Below are positions 1 to 12,884 of a DNA stretch of 64,000 nt, piece after piece. The position numbers and the translations under genes were made by a program. Below the pieces are notes generated by a model, which was not told where the DNA came from, made no database searches, and saw only the letters and a list, made by a program, of their open reading frames with translations. Positions within the stretch are counted from its first letter, which is position 1; each line of letters starts with the position of its first letter. The DNA comes from Octopus sinensis (taxonomy: Eukaryota): contig NC_043011.1 in NCBI RefSeq assembly GCF_006345805.1, positions 45,024,464 through 45,088,463 of the forward strand. The letters are read 5' to 3'.

Positions 1-89
1 GCACCTTGGGCAGGTGCTTTCTACTATAGCCTCGGGCTGACCAAAGCCTTGAGTGGATTTGGTAGACGGAAACTGAAAGAAGCCCATCG

Positions 90-127
<38 letters not shown>

Positions 128-334
128 ATATGTGTGTGTGTGTCTTTGTCCCCACAACATTACTTGACAACCGATGCTGGTGTGTTTACGTCCCCGTCAC
201 TTAGCGGTTCGGCAAGAGAGACCGATAGAATAAGTACTAGGCTTACAAAGTATAAGTCCTGGGGTTGATTCGCTCAACTAAAGGTGGTGCTCCAGCATGG
301 CCGCAGTCAAATGACTGAAACAAATAAAAAGAAA

Positions 335-335
<1 letters not shown>
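1..335 (+). mobile_element. tRNA-derived SINE family A, 5' end cut by window edge
   Basis: Body gcaccttgggca..ctactatagcc..gtgagtggatttggtagacggaaactgaaagaagccc, internal (TA)n(TG)n, 3' part ending gtcaaatgactgaaacaa..aaaaga; matches many other copies in the window. Confidence 0.9.
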
Positions 336-393
<58 letters not shown>

Positions 394-679
394 TGCATAT
401 AAATTATTAATGTACTTGCAAGAGATCTTGTGAGGTTGTATATCTGTGTTAGAGATCAATAAGGATATTAAAAGATGCACATGGTGAATGTAAAGCTGTA
501 ATCCAAATAGATGAAATGGTGGTACAAGATGATTTTAAGAAGAATCTTCGGTGGGTACAAAGTCTTGATAGCCGTTTCGAGAATATATATGTTGGAATGA
601 GTGAGTTATTTGCAGCCATAATGATCATCTGCATTTCTCTCGTCAGGGGTAATTTAAGAGGCTTCTGAGATATATTTAT

Positions 680-980
680 CACTGACCGATTAGGCTATCT
701 GATGTTGCTACACATCGCTGGTCACAATGCGCTTCGCATTGTTTTAGCCTTCAAATGATGCCATCCTGCTGGCTAAGCGAGCAGGCCAACAGAGGAAAGA
801 GTGAGAGAAAGTTGTGGCGAAAGAGTACAGCAGGGATTGCCACCGCCTCCTGCCGGAGCCTTGTAGAGCTTTAGGTGTTTTCGCTAAATAAACACTCACA
901 ACGCCCGGTCTGGGAATCGAAACCACAATCCTACGATCATGAGTCCGCTGCCCTAACCACTGGGCCATTTCGCCTCCGCA
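680..980 (-). mobile_element. tRNA-derived SINE family D, tail type 1 (possibly octopus OR1/OR2 type)
   Basis: Minus head tgtgcggaggcgaaatggcccagtggttagggcagcggactc..ggtttcgattccc; tail ..gcattgtgaccagcgatgtgtagcaacatc. Confidence 0.85.
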
Positions 981-2221
981 CACACACACACATAGTTGTA
1001 ATAATGAAGTCAAACCAAATACTGATGTTTTTGTAATGGATGTGTTTCCTGTCATATATTATTATATATTAGGCAAACCTGAAACATGTATCACTGTTTG
1101 ATTTGACTTCATTATCACAACTAATACATCTTGATGCCTGTACAAACGAGCCAGTCCAGACTCCACTTACACAGACACTCTAACAACAATTTGCATTAGC
1201 TTGTTACATTTGACTGGAGTCGCAAATTCTGGTGCTAAGCACCACTTCTTAGCATAACACTGTGTGTGTGTGTGTGTGTGTGTGACTGACTGATTGACTG
1301 TCTTCTTCCTTGCTTTGACTTCATGAATACAAGAATACATGTATTGTATTCATGAATACAATACATGAATGAAGAATACAAGAAGTACTGGTCACTGGGA
1401 GATTCACCCTTATTTGAAAACAGGTGAGGGTTGGCAACAGTAAGGGCATCAAGCTGTAGAAAATCTGCCACAACAAATTCTCTCTGACCCATGCAAGCAT
1501 GGAAAAGTGGATGTTAAAAGATGGTAATGTGAACTTTACCTACTCAACTATTCCTACGTCCCAAATTTCTTGCCTTGTGCCTATGCAAGAAACCAATTTG
1601 ATTAAAACTTACATTGTGAAAGACACACCCACATATCATTTGACAGTTGCAAAATGCTCTCCACACATTTTCTAGATGGGTTGGTTGCAATTGCTTTGAA
1701 ATACCTGTTTTTATAAACCCTCTGTACTCATACAATTTTTCTTATGTTTTGTGAGACACCGGTATATCTGGTTCAAGAAATACCCTCATGTGGTTGTCTG
1801 ACCTGCTAAAAATAGCAACCAAATCTCCTTCAATAACATTCTGTTGTCTTAATTATAAGGACACCTTAGATAATGCAGTCCTGCATAACCCTAAAAAAAA
1901 AAAAAGCAAGATGGTCATGCATGGTATGTCTTTGATCATAGGTCTGTTCAATCAGGATTGACCAGGAATTCAAAAAACACTATAAAGTCAAAAGAGGGGC
2001 CTACTGTTGGTAGGAAAGAGTGGTGGAGAAAATGTGGGTTTTGATGAGAATTGACAAGCTGGTTTGTTTTGTCGGGGGGGCTTTTAGCTAGAAGACTAAG
2101 ACTAACTTCCAGAAATCTCAGGCACAACTTGACCTGGCAGTGCTGTAGGGTGGCAAGCACTGCCAGTTCAAGCTAAACTCTACTGGCAAAGATGTACCCC
2201 CAGCTGAGCCTGCTTGTGATA

Positions 2222-2425
2222 CTCTCTTTTTACTCTCTTTTACTTGTTTCAGTCATTTGACTGCGGCCATGCTGGAGCACCGCCTTTAGTCGAGCAAATC
2301 GACCCCGGGACTTATTCTTTGTAAGCCCAGTACTTATTCTATCGGTTTCTTTTGCCAAACCGCTAAGTAACGGGGATGTAAACACACCAGCATTGGTTGT
2401 CAAGCAATGCTAGGGGGACAAACAT

Positions 2426-2464
<39 letters not shown>

Positions 2465-2636
2465 CATATATACGACGGGCTTCTTTCAGTTTCCGTCTAC
2501 CAAATCCACTCACAAGGCATTGGCCGGCCCAAGGCTATAGCAGAAGACACTTGCCCAAGATGCCACGCAGTGGGACTGAACCCAGAACCATGTGGTTGGT
2601 TAGCAAGCTACTTACCACACAGCCACTCCTGCGCCC
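2222..2636 (-). mobile_element. SINE family A, full length
   Basis: Minus strand starts gggcgcaggagtggctgtgtggtaag (A-box-like), has ggttcagtccc (B-box-like), and ends in a (GTAAAAGA)-type tail. Confidence 0.92.
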
Positions 2637-3434
2637 AGTGATAAAACCATCTCTCACTTGGTGTCTATTGTTACCTTGTGTGGCTCTATGTAGAACAGAT
2701 CTGACAATTGGCTTTAGTTTGCACCCATTGTTTTCCTTTGGCTGGTAGGTGTAGGCAGTGTTTTTTTTTTCTTTTTCCTCAGACTTGTTGCTATGGTGTA
2801 ACAATTTGTGTAATTTGTGAATGATGGGAATGAAGTGGGACACTTCCTCATTTGGTCAAGCTCTCATTGAATTGTTCAAGTTCTACTTCACCATCCTTCA
2901 ATGAGTTTGCAGAAAAGTAGGTGAGCAGCAAGTATGCTCTGAGTGAATGGTTCTGCTCTCAGCTTGTGGGGCCAAAGAATGCAGATGGGATGGGGCACTT
3001 GCCTTTGTTAGGATTATCTTTGTTTCTGGTCTGTTTTAGAAGCTAAAACCTTCTAAAACAGACCAGCTTGTCGATTCCCATCAAAACCCTCATTATCTCC
3101 ATTGCTCTTCCCTCTTTTGACCTTATAGTTTTTTTTCAGTCCCAGGTCAACCTTGGTTAAGCAGACTTATGATCAAAGACATTCCAGACATGACCATCCT
3201 GTCTTTTTCAGACTATATAGGGCTATATTATCTAGTGTGTGCTTCTAATTAAGACAGTAAAATTTGATTGAGGGAGATTTAGTTGTTATTTAGGTGACAG
3301 TTCTGCTCTTGTGATTTCGTATTTTGTATAATTTATGCATTTCACATCCTTGGATTTCTGTGTACTTTTTTTTTTGTAGCCCTTCTGTTTTGTATAGTTA
3401 CCTCCTCATCTATCTCCTTTGTAACATAGCATGC

Positions 3435-4085
3435 TGGCCAAAATGTTTTTTAGCATTTCTTCCACCTTTACATTCTGAGTCCAGATTCCGCTGAGATTGA
3501 CTTTGCTTTTCATTCTTTCAGGGTTGATAAAATAGGTACCAGTCACATACCAGGGTTGGTATAATTGTCTATACAACTGCCCTCAAATTTTCAGGCCTTT
3601 TTCCTTTAGTAGAAAGGATTATTATTATTATTATTAAGGCAGCAAGCTGGCAAAATCGTTACAACACTGAACAAAATGCTTAGCAGTATGTCATCCGTCT
3701 TTACAATCTGAGTTCAAATTCCACTGGGGTCAACTTCACCTATCCTCCTTTCAGGGATCAATGATATAAGTACCACTTGAGTACTAGGGTCGATGTAATT
3801 GATTATCCCCTCTCCCAACAAAACTTCAGGCTTTGTGTCTATAGTAGAAAGGATTATTATTATTATGGTGGTGAGCTGGCAGAATCACTACCATGCCAGG
3901 TGAAATGCTTAGCAATATGTCTTCATCTTCTGAGTTTAAATTCTGCCACGGTCAACATTTCCTGTCATCTTCAGAGTTGATAGATTAAGTATCAGTGACA
4001 CACTGGGGTCAAAGTAATTGTCTAGTCCCCTCTCCCCAAGTTTCAAGCATTGTGCCTTTAGTAGAAAGGATTATTATTATTATTG
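3435..4085 (+). mobile_element. Three head-to-tail SINE B copies, (TTA)n-tailed subtype
   Basis: Each ends tagtagaaaggattattattatt and the next head (aaggcagcaagctggc, ggtggtgagctggc) starts directly in that tail. Confidence 0.85.
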
Positions 4086-5189
4086 TTATTTTTACTATTG
4101 TTGTTATTATATCATCAATGCTTTCTAGTTAAGTCTTAATTTTTCACCATAGTCACATACTAAGGTCATTGCTTCTTGTAACTCTACCCATACACCACAT
4201 CTCTGGCCACGTGCCAAAGACAGCGTCCATTATTATAAGCAGTACCAAATAATTGATTTCTCTGGCCCATTCCTGGCAGTTCTTTACAGGTCTTCATATT
4301 ATACAGTTACAAGTTTGATGGCGAAGAAGGCAGACTTTGGGTGTTGTTTTTAGTTGAGTGAAAATCTAAAGACATTGCAAGGGAGAGGTGTCAACTGTCT
4401 AGAAGGAATTACACACTTGCTATCAGTCTGTTTCTCTTTCCTTCTATTCTTGTGTCTGTGCGTCCCCTAAAGCCCTGGCTTGGCTTGTGAAATACCATTA
4501 TTTTGTCTATACAGTTTCATTACATTAAATGGATGAGAGGTTCTCTCCCCTCCCAACACTGCAGGGGTAATAGTCCCGGTAAACCTTGTACATAGACACA
4601 ATGATGCTGATGATAAAGATGATGTGTGGCTTAATAGTGTTTCAAATATTCCAAGTTGTAATGTGGGATATGATCATGCAAGATTACCCTAACCCCTTTA
4701 TACAGTTTGTATCCAGCTTTAAAGGATGCATTCAAAATAGGCTTTATCCACTCAATAGACCGTATTTTTCTCCACATATTGCACATTCAATAAATAATCA
4801 TGTCTTAACATGTAGCACCAAACTCCTTTGCACATGTGGCACAATGCTGCTTTTGCACATATAGAACCATGTCCCTTTGTACATGCAGCATCGTGTCCTT
4901 TTTCACATGTGACACTACATTTTGTACACATGTATCATATAGTTTGGCTGGAGAAGGACAAATTTGTCTTGACCAGCAAAGGTACCATCTCCCTAAATGT
5001 CTTTCACCCCTTTTCTCATTCCAGCTACTGTGTACAAACCTTTTCTACTATATACAACCTCCTCTAGCACCAACTATCTGCCAACCTAACAGAAGTTACC
5101 AATTACGTCTAATAAGTTAAAGCAATTCTGCGACTTTCAGGCAATAGGTACTCCCATTCTTAACTACTTTTTCGTCAATCACATCTGTC

Positions 5190-5640
5190 CTAATTCCAGA
5201 GGTTCTACTGTTATACACTCCTATACATCTGTCACACCTGAAAATACTTAATATGGACGACCTCCGTGACATACAAGAGGCACAATATGTTGCCAGAGTA
5301 AGCTTTCTCCCATAAATTCCGTCAAGTCACTAAATGCAAAACCCATCTCTAAAGATCCAGACATACACATACAGCAAGCACCCCAGGAACATTACATCAT
5401 TCTTAAAACAGCCTCTAACTCAGCTCAGTCATAAATCATACACACACAGCTGCAATATCAGTAGCTTTACTGGTTCAGAACACTGAGGCTATTGTACTGG
5501 GACATACAACATCAACAACAACAAGTGCAGAGAAAGAGCAACTGTCACACACTAAGTCTACCTCGCCAGCCTACACTGCGGTCAATGTTACAAGCACTTA
5601 CAGGCCTGATGGAAGAGATTGGACAATGGTAGAGAGTACT
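5190..5640 (+). pseudogene. Possible decayed LINE ORF1 (gag-like Cys/His knuckles)
   Basis: Frameshifted LGHT, KCRE..H, LHCGQC..H; weak. Confidence 0.25.
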
Positions 5641-6227
5641 GTGTGTTCACAAGACTGAGCTGTAACTTATACCATTGCTCCATGTTGGGGAGTTCAATAT
5701 GATCCTTAATAAGGGCTGGAATTAAGATGATGGATCTGTGGATTGTACCACTTGATTCTGTTGACTGTTTATCTGCCTTCCATAATAATACTACAGTATC
5801 TATACTGACCTTGGGCTATAAGAACAGCCACCAATTATTTTACCATCACCATCTCCCTCACCACCACCACTGCTACCACTACTATATTGCCATGTCCTTA
5901 TATGGCATCAGTCCAAATTTACATAATAATACAATAACACAGCTTTAGTTCTAATAACACAATTGCCCTATGGTGTTGGTGGTGGTTGTTTAGATGATTG
6001 TCTTGGTGGGTGATGATGATTGTTGTGATAGTGGTGAAGCCATGTTGACTTTTGTGATGATGATGGTGGTGGTGGTGATGTATTGATAGACATGTTTAGA
6101 AAGTGTGTGTGTGTGTGTGTGTATTGATGTTTGTAGTTTATCTGACTGTTATGGACTGATGAAGTCAAAACAACTCACCACTATTGATAATATTATGGTT
6201 TGAGAGTAGTAGTGGTACTACTACTAC

Positions 6228-6279
<52 letters not shown>

Positions 6280-6864
6280 TGTGGTGGTGGTTTGTTGGAT
6301 TGACACAAGGTCACATATGTCAATAACGATGGTTGATTGAAGGTAAACTATTCAATCCCGGGGTGGGTTGCCAGGATCAACCTACCCTCTTGTCCTTTTA
6401 GAGCATGCTGAATTGGTGGAATACCTTGTGGTGTTTGTTCAGGCCCATTATATTGAGTTTCTCTGCGACAATGAGATATATCAATCTTTGTTTCTTTTGG
6501 ACAATTTTGGTGGCAAGGACAACTAGGTATCTTGCCACATTGGCAAATTGCTGGTCTTCCACAAAAGAAAGCTTTCCCGGAATTACAGCCAGTAACTTCC
6601 CATGTACAGAAATATAGTTAATCCTCTGTATGGGAAAACTGATGGAGACTTTAGTGAGGTCTACTGTTAAGTATTTGGTATTGGGTTAACTTACTACTAA
6701 CCATGCAGCAGTAGGCTAATTGCAAAATGTTTAATGGTAGGCTAACTGATTGTAAACTATATGGTGATATCTTTTTTAGTTATCATTTATTGTATTTACC
6801 TTTTAAATTCTAAATCTTGAGATATTTTTTCTATACAGTACACTCACAGAACCACATATCTATG

Positions 6865-7330
6865 GGATGTTTGCAGTGTGCCCATAGGATAACTGCAGTG
6901 TGTCCTCGGGATAACCAGCCTCAGGATACCTGGCATGTGTCCTTGGGATAACCGGAATGTACCCTTGGGATAGCTGGCATATGCCCTCGGGGTAACTGAA
7001 GTGTGCCCACGGGATAATTGAAGCATGCTTGCAAGACAACTGCAGCATGCCCACAGGACAACTGCAGTGTGCCTGCAGAGCAACTGCAGCATGCCTGCAG
7101 GGCAACTACATCGTGCCCACAGGGCAACTGAACCGTGCCCACAGGGCAACTGCACCGTGCCCACGGGACAACTGCAATGTGCCCCGCAGCTTAACTGCAG
7201 TGTGCCCATGAGACATTCACATTGTATGCATGAGCTAACCACAATGTGCCCACTGCGTAACTGTAATATGCCCATAGGATAACTGCAGTGTACCTTCAGG
7301 ATTACTGCAGTATACCCACAGAGCACCTAA
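6865..7330. repeat. Diverged 22-bp minisatellite, about 21 units
   Basis: Consensus about GGA(T/C)AACTGCAGTGTGCCCAC(A/G). Confidence 0.9.
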
Positions 7331-8458
7331 GACACTGACCAGTAGTTGTTTAGTGAAATCTTCAGTCATAAGTTTGTTGGCCCAAACCCACTTAAGAATA
7401 ACAGAATGTACAATTGTGTGTGTGTGTGTGCATGAGAGAGAGAGAGAGTGTGGGTTGGTGGAGTGATAGTAGAATTGAAGGCAAACAGTTAATGACCTGG
7501 GCATATACCAACAGATAGTGAATGCTGCAATGGCACATACCTCCCCACCTCACCTGATAGTTTTAATTTTGCAAATGTGTGAACCAAAGCCCAGTTTTTT
7601 TTTTTCTTTCCATCCTTTGTTTTTTCTCTTGATTAAAGTCAAGTATAAAATAGTGTGACTCTAGCTCCTGCTGAGTCTGTTGGATTGCTTCAACAAAAAT
7701 ATGGCTGTCGCTGCTTATTGGACGCAGTTGGCAAATTATTTGTAGGTGGGGCACCTAGTTATAAAACTAATCACTCCTGCTTATGAGCCTTCGTGCTCAT
7801 TCAAACATGAGAAGCACCTCTATCCTTCAGTTGGTAGATTGACATCACATGCTGGTGGCAACGCCTGGATTCCCTCGTTCATTTTAACTGACCACTACTT
7901 TCATTAATATGCAATATATAGATCAGTCACTGAGTCTTACTGTAGTTGTCTGTTTCTACCTTACACTCCCATATTATCAGCTGCATGGACTGGACCTATC
8001 TATTGATAAGAATGCATCCTGCCGACCTAGATACGCATCTTGGCTGGTTGTCTCCTACCCAATTCACTCAGCCATCAAGTACTACATCACACACACACAC
8101 TCTTTCTCTATTTCTTTCTCTCTCTCTCTCTCTCTCACATCATAGACTGCATTTAAATATATTGAAGTATTATTGCTGGCATGTTCATTCAGGACACCTG
8201 GCGTCTGTGTGTGTGTTGTATTTCATGATCCTGTGTCATTTATATCTCGTATCTTGACTCTCCATATGGAGTAAGTGGCAAAGAGACATGCATGTGTGTG
8301 TTTGCATACATGCACACACGAACACGCACACTGTCGCATTCAGTTGCGTTTCTTTCCTTTCTGAGTTCAAATCCCACCTAGGCCAACATTAGTTCTTGTT
8401 CTTCTTGGGTCAGTGAAACAAAATACTTAGCTCAAAACAGTTGATTATAACCTTGCAC

Positions 8459-8656
8459 GCACATTGACTCGCACACATGCACATTGACTCGCACACATGC
8501 ACATTGACTCGCACACATGCACATTGACTCGTGCACATGCACATTGACTCGCGCATGTACACATTGACTCGCGCATGTACACATTGACTCGCGCATGTAC
8601 ACATTGACTTGCGCATGTACACATTGACTCATGCACGTACACATTGACTCGCGCAC
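8459..8656. repeat. 20-bp minisatellite, 10 units
   Basis: acattgactcgc(a/g)ca(catgc/tgtac) in exact 20-bp register. Confidence 0.92.
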
Positions 8657-9153
8657 CCTCATTCACTTGCATGCCCACATCCACTCGCGCGCCCTCATCC
8701 ACTCACGTGCCCTCATTCACCCACGTGCAACACACATACTCACTTGCACTTACACACTCTCAAACATACTCAAACACACACAAATGTTCAATATGACTTT
8801 ATATTGTAAAAAAAAGTTACTTTGTTGTCATCATTTTCCTATTCACTTTTCGATGCTGGTTGGTTAGTCATCAATGACTGAGTCACTTCTTATATAGGAA
8901 AACTACTCCCCAACCCCAAATGTACCAGGGACCCTGTCTTACTTGTACGCTCCAGTTTTGACATGATTCCTTCAGCCAGATGCTGTTCCTAACACCAGCC
9001 ATTTAACAAAATGTGCTGGATGCATTTCAGCAAGACATTAGCACAAGAGATGTTATTCTATCCCTGATGAAACCACATACATTAATTCGCATGAAATACA
9101 CAGGGATTATATGATCCGAACTGTACTTTTTTTTTTATGGAAACAACCCAGGC

Positions 9154-9662
9154 CAAGGGTGGGGAAACTTTTTAGTACGGTAGGCAAAAATTTCCTAAGG
9201 TAAAGGTCTGCAGGCAGATCACAGATTCTCTTAAATCTATGTAGGTCTTGTTTATAACTATGTATAATTCAATATACATTAATAAAGATAAGTTTAACAC
9301 ATTAAATTAATGCATAACATGAATTTAGGACGTTTATATTACTTATGAGGTATTCTATATTTTTCATCTAAAGTGTAGTTGGGTCTCAAGGGAATGGTAC
9401 AAACCTAGCAATATGTGTTTTATATTAAAAACAAAATTTCCATTCAAATGGCAATTACCAGATGATTTTCTATTCGAGTCTAACCGTTTTAAGTCATAGT
9501 GGAAACATGGCCTATGTCGCAAAGAGGCAAACCAGTATTGTATAAATTTTATAATTGAAAAATTTACTATATTTTGTACATATTAGTATACAAGCCTGTG
9601 GGTGCAATAAAATGGGCTCGTGGGTGCAATAGCGTGCGTGGGTGGGGCTTTCCCTACCTCTG
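9154..9662. mobile_element. hAT-type MITE nested in or beside a SINE A remnant
   Basis: Termini caagggtggggaaa / tttccctacctctg; 8-bp TSD acccaggc (9146-9153) vs acctaggc (9663-9670); SINE A body resumes on the right. Confidence 0.85.
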
Positions 9663-10448
9663 ACCTAGGCCAACCAAACCCTTGTGAGTGGATTTGGTAG
9701 ATGGAAACGCTAAAATGAACCTGTGTGTTTGTGTCTGCTTGTTTTGATTTTGTGAGATGGTCAGGGAAAGAATGTCACTGTTATACAAACAATATTATTT
9801 CCAATTCTAATTATCATCATCATTTAATGTCCATTTTCCATGCTGGCATGGGTTGGGTGGTTTGACAGGATCTGGTTAGCCAGGAGACTGCACTAGGCCT
9901 CTCTCTCTCTGTTTTGGCATGGTTTTTACAGCTGGATGCCCTTCCTAAAACCAACTATCTTACAGAGTGGACTGTTTTTTATGTGGCACCAATCTTCTGT
10001 GTAAAATGTTTCTGGCCTTGAAGTTTTATCTTTCTTGGAAACAGATAGTTAGCAACAGAAAGGGCATCTAGTCATAGAAAATCTGTTTTTTTAGTTCCGT
10101 GTGACCTACACAGGTGTGGAATAATGGGCATGAAAACAACAACGGCGATATTATGGTACAGTAAAGCATTGTCACAAAATATTAATGTTCCAGTAATTTA
10201 AAAAGATATGGTTCTGGGTTCAGTCCCTCTGTATGGCAGTCCCTGGGTCAACCAAAGCCTTGTGAATGGATTTGCTAGAGGGATACTAGTAGAAACCCAT
10301 TTTCTATGTGTGTGTGTGTGTGTGTATGTTTGTGTCTTCTTGTCTTGATATTTGTGCGATAGTTGTAAATGAGTGTCGTATCACTATTTCCAGTATCCTG
10401 CAAGATGTGAACTTGCCATAGGGAGATATTACCTTGTGTAATATCAAT

Positions 10449-10677
10449 AAGGTGGTGAGCTGGCAGAAACGTTAGCACATTGGACAAAATGCTTATCGGT
10501 ATTTCGTCTGCCGTAACGTTCTGAGTTCAAATTCTGCCGAGGTCGACTTTGCCTTTCATCCTTTCGGGGTCGATAAATTAAGTATGAGTTATGCACTGAG
10601 GTTGATGTAATCGACTTAATCCCTTTGTCCTTGTTTGTCCCCTCTATATTTAGCCCCTTGTGGGCAATAAAGAAATA
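10449..10677 (+). mobile_element. SINE family B inserted in a SINE C copy
   Basis: Head aaggtggtgagctggcagaaacgttagc..gagttcaaattc, centre gaggtcgactttgcctttcatcctttcggggtcgataaattaagta, tail aataaagaaata. 17-bp TSD agggagatattaccttg at 10420-10436 and 10678-10694. Same subtype at about 62135-62352(-). Confidence 0.92.
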
Positions 10678-12109
10678 AGGGAGATATTACCTTGCTTGAA
10701 AACAGGTGAGGGGTGGTGTCAGGAAGGGTATCTGGCCATAGTAAAATCTACCTCAGTGAACTCTGTATGACTCATGTGAGCGTGGAAAAGTGAACGTTAA
10801 AATGAATATGATGGTTGTTTTAATGATTTTTCTGTGTATTTTAATTTCTTTTACAAATGCAACATAGGTTGAAATCTATAAATTTTATAGTGCATTATAG
10901 CCTCAAGACTAAACATTGTTAATGTCTCTCTCTCTCCCCTCTCTTTCTCTCTCTTTCTCATTCTCCCTCCCTCCCTCCCTCTCTCTCTCTCTCTCACTCA
11001 GTCTCAGTACTATTGGTAACACAATCTAGTACAATATATTGTGTACTCGTGTCATAGAAAACTGAACCAGTACCCCACGAGGCTAGGCTTGTGAAGAAAG
11101 CTGCTAGAAATCTATAAATCCATGAGTATTTTAGATTTAGAAAACTAAATATTAGTTTATTGGTCCCACTATTTCAGTGTTATAGTAACAGTACAACTTG
11201 CTAGGTGGTTGCGTGAAAGACAACTGAACCAGCACCCTACCCAGCTAGACTTGTGAGAAGTGCTGTGATAGAGACCCGTAAATCCGTTAGATTTATAGGT
11301 TTAAAGAAACTTTGTAATCTATAAATATATTTTGAAGTAAGTAAAGTATCAGATGCTTTATCCAGCTTCCAGAAACCCAGGAGTACTTTGCCACAGTGTG
11401 CAATATACTGTATCCTGTATTGAATAAACAGACCCTGCTTTTAAAGTTGGTTAATTTACATAGTGTGTTAAAACAGTTTTAAGTGGATTTATGAAGATGA
11501 ATTGGCCAGATTCAGCCTCTTACACCTACCCTACAATGTCATTCTAAAAAAAAAACTGCATCATTGAAATCTCCAAGCTACAAGACAATGCATGATTAAT
11601 TCAAAACAGTGTGAATAAATTAGCATTGCATTTGACAGGTTAATGTGAATGCTAACAGGTTTGTTTAATTTGTACTTGTACCTCATCATCACCATCATTA
11701 TTTAACATTTGTTTTCCATACTGGCATGGGTTAGATGGTTTGACAAAGGCTGGATTCAACAGCTGTATGCCCTTTCTAATGCCAACCATTTTACTGTGTA
11801 CTGGGCGTTTTTTTTATGTAATATCAGCACCTGTGCCTTTCACATGGTACCAGCACCTGTGCTTTTTGCATGGCTCCACCACAGGTGCTTTTTGTGTGGA
11901 ACCAGCTCTGGTGCTTTATCATGTTCTTTCCTTTTCATCCTATAAACATGTTGTATATATATAGTATACAGTACGGCATATTTTAAGAATTTTAAATACA
12001 TTAAGAAATATCAAAGAGCCGCTGTTTTAAAGGTGTATTAGAGCCTGTTAAACACAATTTAGTTCTTTACTGTTCATAGTTTAATTTATATTTAGTTTAT
12101 CTCCAGAAA

Positions 12110-12358
12110 AGGCACGTGGCTTAGTGGTTAGGGTGTCAGCATCACGATCGTAAGATTGTGGTTTTGATTCCTGGACCAGGCAACGTGTTGTGTTCTTGAG
12201 CAAAACACTTCATTTCACGTTGCTCCAGTCCACTCAGCTGGCAAACGTGAGTAACGCAGCGATGGACTGGCGTCCCATAAAGCTGGGGAACACATATGCC
12301 ATAGAAACTGGGAAACCAGGCCCATGAGCCTGGCTAGGCTTTAAAAGGGCGCATTTAT
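12110..12358 (+). mobile_element. tRNA-derived SINE with V/Deu-like central motifs
   Basis: Head ggcacgtggcttagtggttagggtg..ttttgattcctgg; centre gtgttcttgagcaaaacactt..gtccactcagctg..gcgatggactggcgtccc. Related at 38890-39180(+) and 26845-27125(-). Confidence 0.75.
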
Positions 12359-12884
12359 TATTTATTTTTATTATCTCCAGAAAATTGGAAAACCCAGAAA
12401 TCCAGGCCACTTCTGGTCCTAAGCTTACTGGATAATTGGTCCAGTACTATATACTAAAGCCACAAAACTAAACATTGTTAATGTATCTCTTATTACTATT
12501 GACAACGTAGAATGTAGTACAACTAGTTACATGATTAGGTTATAGATTACTAAACCAGTACCTTGACTGGTTAGATTTGTGAGAAGGGTTGCTAGAAACT
12601 CCAGAAGGATGAAAGGATGTTGTGAAAATGACAGATGAGTCCAGTTTAGCAGCAACAATTATATAGCAGTGGTGCAGACAGGGACATAGAAAGAATGAAG
12701 ATGATGGATGTTTATGCCTTAAGATAATTTTTTTTAGGAATGATTGTCCCTCCGAAATTTCAACCTTGGCAGATGGTATGTTGATGCATTGCATTCTGGC
12801 TAAAACACATTTCCATTTGTACATGCACTAACACTCTCTCACCCAAGTGCTCACATCTACTCTCTGTCCGTCTCTCTCTCTCTC

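Noticed and set aside
6844-7326. Cys-rich repeat ORFs, or a CRISPR-like array
   Set aside because: The 22-bp unit is not a multiple of 3, ORFs occur on both strands, and there are no unique spacers or cas genes.
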